Source: Amoebidium appalachense
Lineage: Eukaryota; Protista; Ichthyosporea
DNA: 64,000 nt
Direction of reading: 5' to 3'
Assembly (NCBI GenBank): GCA_963693365.1
Contig: CAVNZM010000001.1
Span: forward strand, 9,750,907 to 9,814,906
This document shows positions 46,974-64,000 of the stretch, one piece after another. The stretch's first letter is position 1. Every line of letters begins with the position of its first letter. The notes under the pieces are model-generated. The model was not told the DNA's origin. It was given only the letters and a program-made list of their open reading frames with translations, and searched no databases. A program made the translations under genes and the position numbers.

Positions 46974-47111
46974 CTAGGGTCGTGCCCCGGCGAACCTGAC
47001 GGGGGGCGACCCCAGGCGAGCCCCGGGCCGAGCGCAGCAAGGCCAGGGAGCGAGCCTCGACGCCCCTCCATGAGAGCCAGGAGAAGCTGCTGGAAGGCAG
47101 CGTCAAACTAG
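46974..47111. ncRNA. Candidate structured RNA or cruciform (three adjacent GC-rich hairpins)
   Basis: Hand-paired stems at 46977-47012, 47014-47057 and 47059-47104, bracketed by CTAG...CTAG; no family recognised. Confidence 0.3.
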
Positions 47112-48177
47112 CAACTACCAGCTACCAGCTCGTGAACGCGTACAAATTTCCGGCGAACTTCTGTTTACATAGTCTGTCACAAATTGACGTCACTTATGAC
47201 TGATTTGACAGACAAAAATGGGCACAATACTGACAAAAGGATATTCACTGAAAACAGATTTGGACCAATTGCCCCCTTGGAAATTCTGAGGCTGCCATTT
47301 TTCCTCATGAGACTTAGAAAACGATTCCGAAGTACTGTACCGGGCATATGAAAAAACACGTTCACACTTATGTACATGCATAAATATGTGAACCTATAAC
47401 TCAATGTTTTATTATCCTCTCAACCGGATAGAGCAGGAGATTAGACTGTAGAGGTATAGATCTTCCAGATCTTCACTGTTAGTATAGGCGCGTAATTGGT
47501 TCCAGGCCCAAGTAACCACGAAAAACACGACCTCCCTCACATATTTATGTGTATCATATTCACAACGAAAGCGATCGTGTCACGGTAGTGATAGTTGCAT
47601 CATCTCTACACCAGTGTAAACATCGTGATTTCTGGGGATCTAAGTAGAGCCACTTCAAATCCGTGTGCACGAAGACACTGACCACGCGTGCCCGTAATAT
47701 GAGAACTCTTTTCGATTTAGATAATATACTAATATATGTGCTAGAGCTAGGGTCGCTGGAACCTGCGGGTTACATATATACGCACGTGTGTGCAACATAC
47801 ACATAGTCATTCTTCAGGCCATTTCGTCAACATTACCAATAGTGCGGGTTGCCAGGGGTAAAAACAGACAGCAGGGGAGAATCTGGTTTGACCCTTGCTT
47901 GAACGTGAGACCTTGACAAGTTTATTGTAGTCACGGTGTCACTGAGTGGATGCAAAACACATCGACAAGCGAATGTAATCTCATACTTCTTCCGAATTAG
48001 TAAGTAGCGCACACACACAACACATTCATTTATTCTACGCCTGCAAAGCACATGGCAAGGGTATAGCAGATCTTGCTTAGTTTCGGTTGTGTCCCACCCT
48101 CTTCTGTTCAATAGAATAGTTTATTAACCCTATTTTGGTATGCACCCATCCACCCATCCTTGACAACCAGTTCGCTC

Positions 48178-49584
48178 ATGATCACCATCACCATGTCAAC
48201 CAAGAAGGACGAGAAATTGCGCCAAGGTGCAGCCGGGGGCAGCACACACGCGCATCCTGCAAGAGAACCCGTCTCGACGGCAGTGGTCGTGATAGATTCA
48301 CCATGCATCACATCTGTGAACCAGGAACTTCTCATGCTCTCAACGAATGAAAGAAACGACGGAGCAGGAGACGCGATTGATACGTCCGCACACCCACCCC
48401 ACACAGACACCCGTCGACGCACGTCGTTTGGAGGGTCACCGTTTGGCCCGTTCATTCGCTCAGCGTACATTACGAAACTGCAGCACATTGCGCTCATTTT
48501 CGGTCTTTTTCTCGCTGTTATGGCGGTGGCGTGCTTTGTAATCCTCGCCGAATTCAACCAATTAACAACCAATGTTGTAGACCCAGCGGACATCAGGTAT
48601 ACGGAGCAACAGATGTATTACGTCGGTTTGTGCAACTTCATCGGTTGTGGGTTTAGTCTCCTTGCCCTATGCGTCACCATCTTCTACCGTTTGAGCCTGC
48701 GGGGCCAGTTGTCGGTGACAGGACGGCTCCCCCTGCCTGTTCATGTGATGGTTGGGCTCGGCTACACATTGACATTCTATTTTAACGGCTCGCTGATTTG
48801 GGCCTTTTACGCAAACAGGATCCCCTTCGAGCTAGTCATCACCAAGTGGTACTACATCATTTTCCTGGTTTTCCCCAACTATTTGTGCCGGTCTCTTTCT
48901 TCCCTTCCCATCACCGCCACCATGATGCGCATCACGACGGTTTACTTCGGTGTCGAGCAAACATGTGTAACAGGCCGCATACCAAAGCTTATGAGAATCT
49001 ACGACGGACTCACTACGCGCTTAGTCCACGCGTGGGTGTACATTTTCGTCATTGTTCAGATTCTCCCATTCATCACGCTGGCCCTCTATGATTCCATCGA
49101 CGTCATTCTAACATCGGTCATGGAGAACAACGCGCAGGTGGTGTCCTACCTAATCTATCTTTTTTGGTCGTTGGTGTGCGATTATCTGGATCTCTGGCAG
49201 GTTTTCTGCATGTTTCTCTTGCGCGGTCAACTGAAGAGGTTCGACCTGGACAACTCCAAAGTTCTCATTGTCCTCTCCTCGCTCTACCTCACAAACTCCG
49301 TCCTTGCCTACGTGCGCGTCGCTACGCCGCTGTCAAACTACCTTTTTTCGCACGTCATCTACACGGTGCTTCTCTACTGTCAGGTTTTCGCGCTTTATTT
49401 CTACTCGTACAGAACATTATACGCCATGTTGCGCCGTGGCGGCCCCGATCGCAATGGAGGCACTGGGGCCTCCCGCGTCACAAGCATTGTGCGTGATCCG
49501 AGCAGGGCACATTTCGACCCCGCAAAGAACGATTTCACGGCAGCTCCACAAACATCATGTTTACTAAGTACCAGAGAGCCATAG
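48178..49584 (+). CDS. Intronless multipass membrane protein (~8 TM), GPCR-like orphan
   Basis: 1407-nt uninterrupted ORF (ATG at 48178 or 48193). About eight hydrophobic segments lie between a polar N-terminus and a polar C-tail; MMRITTVY sits where a TM3-end DRY-like motif would be. Confidence 0.8.
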   Translation: MITITMSTKKDEKLRQGAAGGSTHAHPAREPVSTAVVVIDSPCITSVNQELLMLSTNERNDGAGDAIDTSAHPPHTDTRRRTSFGGSPFGPFIRSAYITKLQHIALIFGLFLAVMAVACFVILAEFNQLTTNVVDPADIRYTEQQMYYVGLCNFIGCGFSLLALCVTIFYRLSLRGQLSVTGRLPLPVHVMVGLGYTLTFYFNGSLIWAFYANRIPFELVITKWYYIIFLVFPNYLCRSLSSLPITATMMRITTVYFGVEQTCVTGRIPKLMRIYDGLTTRLVHAWVYIFVIVQILPFITLALYDSIDVILTSVMENNAQVVSYLIYLFWSLVCDYLDLWQVFCMFLLRGQLKRFDLDNSKVLIVLSSLYLTNSVLAYVRVATPLSNYLFSHVIYTVLLYCQVFALYFYSYRTLYAMLRRGGPDRNGGTGASRVTSIVRDPSRAHFDPAKNDFTAAPQTSCLLSTREP

Positions 49585-50602
49585 AATGCACGTCGACCAT
49601 TAGGGCAGGATGACGAAGTAAACTTTTTAGTTAATGTTTGTGATGATTGGATGTTGTGGAGATGGTGCTGCCAGTGGCAACTATCTACCAATAGCGAAGC
49701 CGGGGAGGGGCTCCTTTTCTTATTGAGGTGAACAGTTTTCAAGCGCAGATATACACTGAAAGTGGGATGTCGTAGGCTAAAGATGTAATTACACAACCGT
49801 TGCCCTTGCAAATTTAACGCTCGTTTGTTCTTTGCCGATTTCCATGCACAGAGAAACCTTACCTATAGTATGTAAATGTATTCGAACAACGATGTCTCAG
49901 AGTGTGGCGCTCTTCGACTTCCTCTCGAATTTACGTTTTGAACATTTTACATTTTGCATGCCCTTTGGTGCCTCCTCCATATTTCCAACCCTCTAAAGCA
50001 TGCACCTCCTCCCCGGCCCAACCCCCGTCTTTCTCCCTCCCTCGAGCTCCCTCCCGCTTATCCATACACCGCAGTTACATGTGCTTTGGACTATGCCTTG
50101 TGTTGTCAGTCAAGAATTCGTCCTTCGTGCTCAATTACGCATTTTACACCGCCCCCCCTCCTCCCCCCCTCCCCCCCCTCCCCCCCCCCTCCCCCCCCTT
50201 CCCCCCCCCACACACACCTTTTTTTTCCGACTCTTCTCGGAATTTTCTTCCTTCCCATTCTTGGGCATGCATGCAGCCGGTAAATATACCGTCCTGCTTT
50301 GACAAATCGATCCAGCAGCTGTCCGGTACGCGCAAGTGTGTAGGCCCTATTTTGTTTTTTTACCAATGGCTAGAAGGTTTCTCCGAAAAAACATATGTGC
50401 ATGCTGCTATTACGGCGGGCTGCATTCAAACCGTGCATATATCAACGAGAACTGCCCCCCTCCCCCCTACCCCCTACCCCCTACCCCCTCCTTTCTCTCT
50501 CCGGCTTTCTCTCTCTCTCCCTCTCCCTCTCCCTCTCCCTCTCCCCCTCCCCCCTTCCTCCCTCTCTCACGCTTTTCTCCTTGGCTGCCCTCCCCCTCTC
50601 TC

Positions 50603-50646
<44 letters not shown>

Positions 50647-50911
50647 CAAAAAAAAAAAAAAAAAAAAAAAAGTGCACCCCCAAACACCAACACCCGCATC
50701 CTTCAACCGCCTTCAAAACCTTGCAACTATCTGGCACGAACACGCTTTCTCGCTGAACACAGTCGACCCCCGTATCTTGTGGCTATGAACACTGCTTGTC
50801 GATGTCTCGGATCACGGTGTTTCCAGAACCCGGCGGAGGAGAAGGAGTGGGGAGGGAGGGGGAGAGGGGGTTGGTGGTGGTGGTGGTGGTGGTGGTGGTG
50901 GTGGTGGTGGT

Positions 50912-50953
<42 letters not shown>

Positions 50954-51757
50954 GGCTATAACCAGGAAACAGAGGAAACCAGGAAACAGAGGAAACTCAA
51001 TTTGCTTGCATGGTTGTTCTTTTGCTGTGTTGTGATTTCATGTTCCACGGCAGGGTGAAAGCGGCAATCGACAAACTTTAATCGCCTCGGCCATAAACAT
51101 TAAAACAAGGTACAAAACGTATATATCTGATTTTGATTCGTGCACATTATTTATTTATAACTAATGTCATGTGTGTTGCAAGGCTGAACAAACGGGAACA
51201 AGTTTCGCCTTGTTCACTGCTCCTTTTGTGCACTTTGCAGTCAGTTTCCCGTTGCAATGTGTGGATGGAAAGTACTTTCTTCGTATATGTTTTGGGTGCA
51301 TCCATTCTTTATTTTCATGCGTAAGTTAGCTTCCTCCTCACATTCGAGTCTGCTGTTAAGATTTTTACCCAAACTCAACAGTCGGAGATTTTAAGGTTGT
51401 TTCTTTCACCAGATACTGGCACCATTCATATTCACACACAATTATGTTCATCATAGGAGCAAGTTTCAAGATCTAGAAAGACTCCGGGTGAGCTTCTTAG
51501 TTGGAAAGGCGCCTTTCCGTGTTTCTGCTGGAGATGTTTGTGCGCGCGTAGCCGTTCTGAGATCACTAAGGAAAGTGTAGTTGAACATAAGCAGGTGGTG
51601 GTGCATCACTTGAACAAACCAGCTCAGTTCTGAAGACACCCGTTCCTGCACAAACCGGTTCGGGAGGGGTGTTTTTGGGAACAAAGGGAGGAATCAAGGA
51701 GTGTATATATAGAAGGGTTGTGGTTGAAAAGTGCAGAAAGAAGGAGGGAAACGGAAA

Positions 51758-62061
<10,304 letters not shown>

Positions 62062-62081
62062 AGCACCCCCGGGAAGAAGGG

Positions 62082-62122
<41 letters not shown>

Positions 62123-62865
62123 CCTGCTCCAGCGACGAGTGATTGTGTGAGATATCAGGCAGCAGAATGAAACTGACAAGGGGGAGGCTCCTGGGGAGGA
62201 GGAGCTGGATATAATTACAGACTAGAGGGATATGTGCGAATTTTCGAGGGGTTATCGATATTGGATAATTGATGATATGGGCAGAAATCAATGGTTTTCT
62301 TCGAGCTTGATTGGAGATCTCACAGATTAGACGGATGCTTGCAAGGCTTCGAAGGGTGGAGAGGTGTTGGTTTCTTTTGGACGAGATTTTTCGTTCTTTC
62401 GTTCTTTTTTCCGTTGTTGGTGTATTTTGTTTTTGTGGGGTGGTTGGCATGGAGAGGGCCTATAATGGAAAGTATGATGTGCATGTCCTAAGGGGTGCCA
62501 GTTGTGAGGTTTTGTATGGGAGAGCCCATTTTGGATGGAAGGAATGACTACGCATTTTTCAGGGAATTACTAGGGACGAGATATACCGGACGGGATATAT
62601 TGCGGAGAAAATAATATATACGTAGGGAAAGGGTTGTTGGGATGGCCGCATCGGTAATGGGTGGTAACATGAATATGCATAAGCAGAGTTCTTATTTGTA
62701 GGTAGAGTAGTTGCTGTTGAAAAGTTTTGCGAAAATGTATGATGGTTGTTTGATTTTTTTTTCTTTTTACATGGTAGAATAAAACAGGGAGATATACGTG
62801 GATCCAGGTAATGGTAGACAAAGTGCAGGCGGGATTTGTTCGAAAGTGTTTGCAGAACACACACA

Positions 62866-62939
<74 letters not shown>

Positions 62940-63805
62940 TGCTGGGTGGCGATGAACCTTAATGAATGAAGGCGCATTATAAAAATCAAGTAATGCCATT
63001 GTTGGCAAGGCAAATATATCGATTGTATGTGGATGTGGGTGGTTGTGGTGTGGTTAATGGAACGGTGGGTGCATTTTTATTATTATTATTTTTGTTTTTT
63101 TGTTTTTATTTTTTTATATATTTTTTTTTGTTGTTGATTTGTAAAGCACATGGACATGAGTGTTCTATTCCTTTTCCTTTTTTATTTTTATTTTATAGCA
63201 GTGTGTCGCTATATTCCTACTTTTTTATTGTTTTATAAAAACTTATTCCTATTTTTTTTATATTAGACAATACTAGCTGTGTGTTCCATAGAAATGTTTC
63301 ACATACTGGTTTTTCGCCTTTGATGGCGTTTGAGATAGTATGGGGAAATTTCAAGTAAAGAACAAAAAAATCACTAATCGGTTTCCTTTTCAAGACTTTC
63401 TGGCGGTGCATACGCGGTCAACCTATGAAAGAAACACTCTGCATTTGGATTTTAAATCCAATAAAGTAAACTAATACTTTTGTGGAGGCAAAAGGATTCG
63501 CAACAAAAGGCATTTTGCGCTGATGTTTGGCCGTGACGGTCACATTTGCATTTTCGTACTTTTTTGGCTGTTTTATTACTGAGTTGTGGTGACTGACGTC
63601 AACTGAATATGATAATCCTCGAAAGATTGTGTCGACGGCGTGGTTCAGGACGTCATTGGGTGAAAAATTGTACATGGGTCAGTGTTACCCATAGCCATGT
63701 GTGTGTGTGTGTATAATTACGTATACAAGTGAATGGATTATGTCGACCCGCGGCGGGGTGCTGCAGGGTCTCTATTAGAAGGGTATTAGAAGGGGAGGAC
63801 TCCAA

Positions 63806-63838
<33 letters not shown>

Positions 63839-63909
63839 ATTTAGTACACTTCTCTAGCTAGACGCATGCATCATGTTACGTATACAGTAGGTGCTGGGGC
63901 GACTGGAAG

Positions 63910-63941
<32 letters not shown>

Positions 63942-64000
63942 CAACTCCCCCCAAATACAGCCCAACCACCACCACCACCACACGTGCACACACGTCACAC

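Overview
Eukaryotic genomic DNA, probably a unicellular opisthokont/holozoan-like protist (inference, not determinable here). It is intron-rich, and the introns are packed with (CA)n/(GT)n/(CT)n microsatellites and poly-C/poly-G runs, so most entries in the ORF track are repeat artefacts. Manual splicing gives five spliced genes: the 5' part of CEBPZ/Mak21 (minus strand), a small ParB/sulfiredoxin-like gene, a tail-anchored ankyrin-SAM gene, a 22-exon COG2 and an 11-exon beta-TrCP-like F-box/WD40 gene. Two intronless orphan ORFs (a 318-aa unknown and an ~8-TM GPCR-like protein) lie in microsatellite-poor islands. Mobile or repeated DNA includes two inverted-repeat MITE-like elements, a TRIM-like direct-repeat unit and a sense-oriented intronic repeat family. 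The most unusual signal is a set of recurrent 'exon echoes': degenerate copies of exon ends, often with their splice sites, in the flanking introns, and differing from the real exon largely at synonymous positions. Many acceptors also have (CA)n where a polypyrimidine tract is expected.
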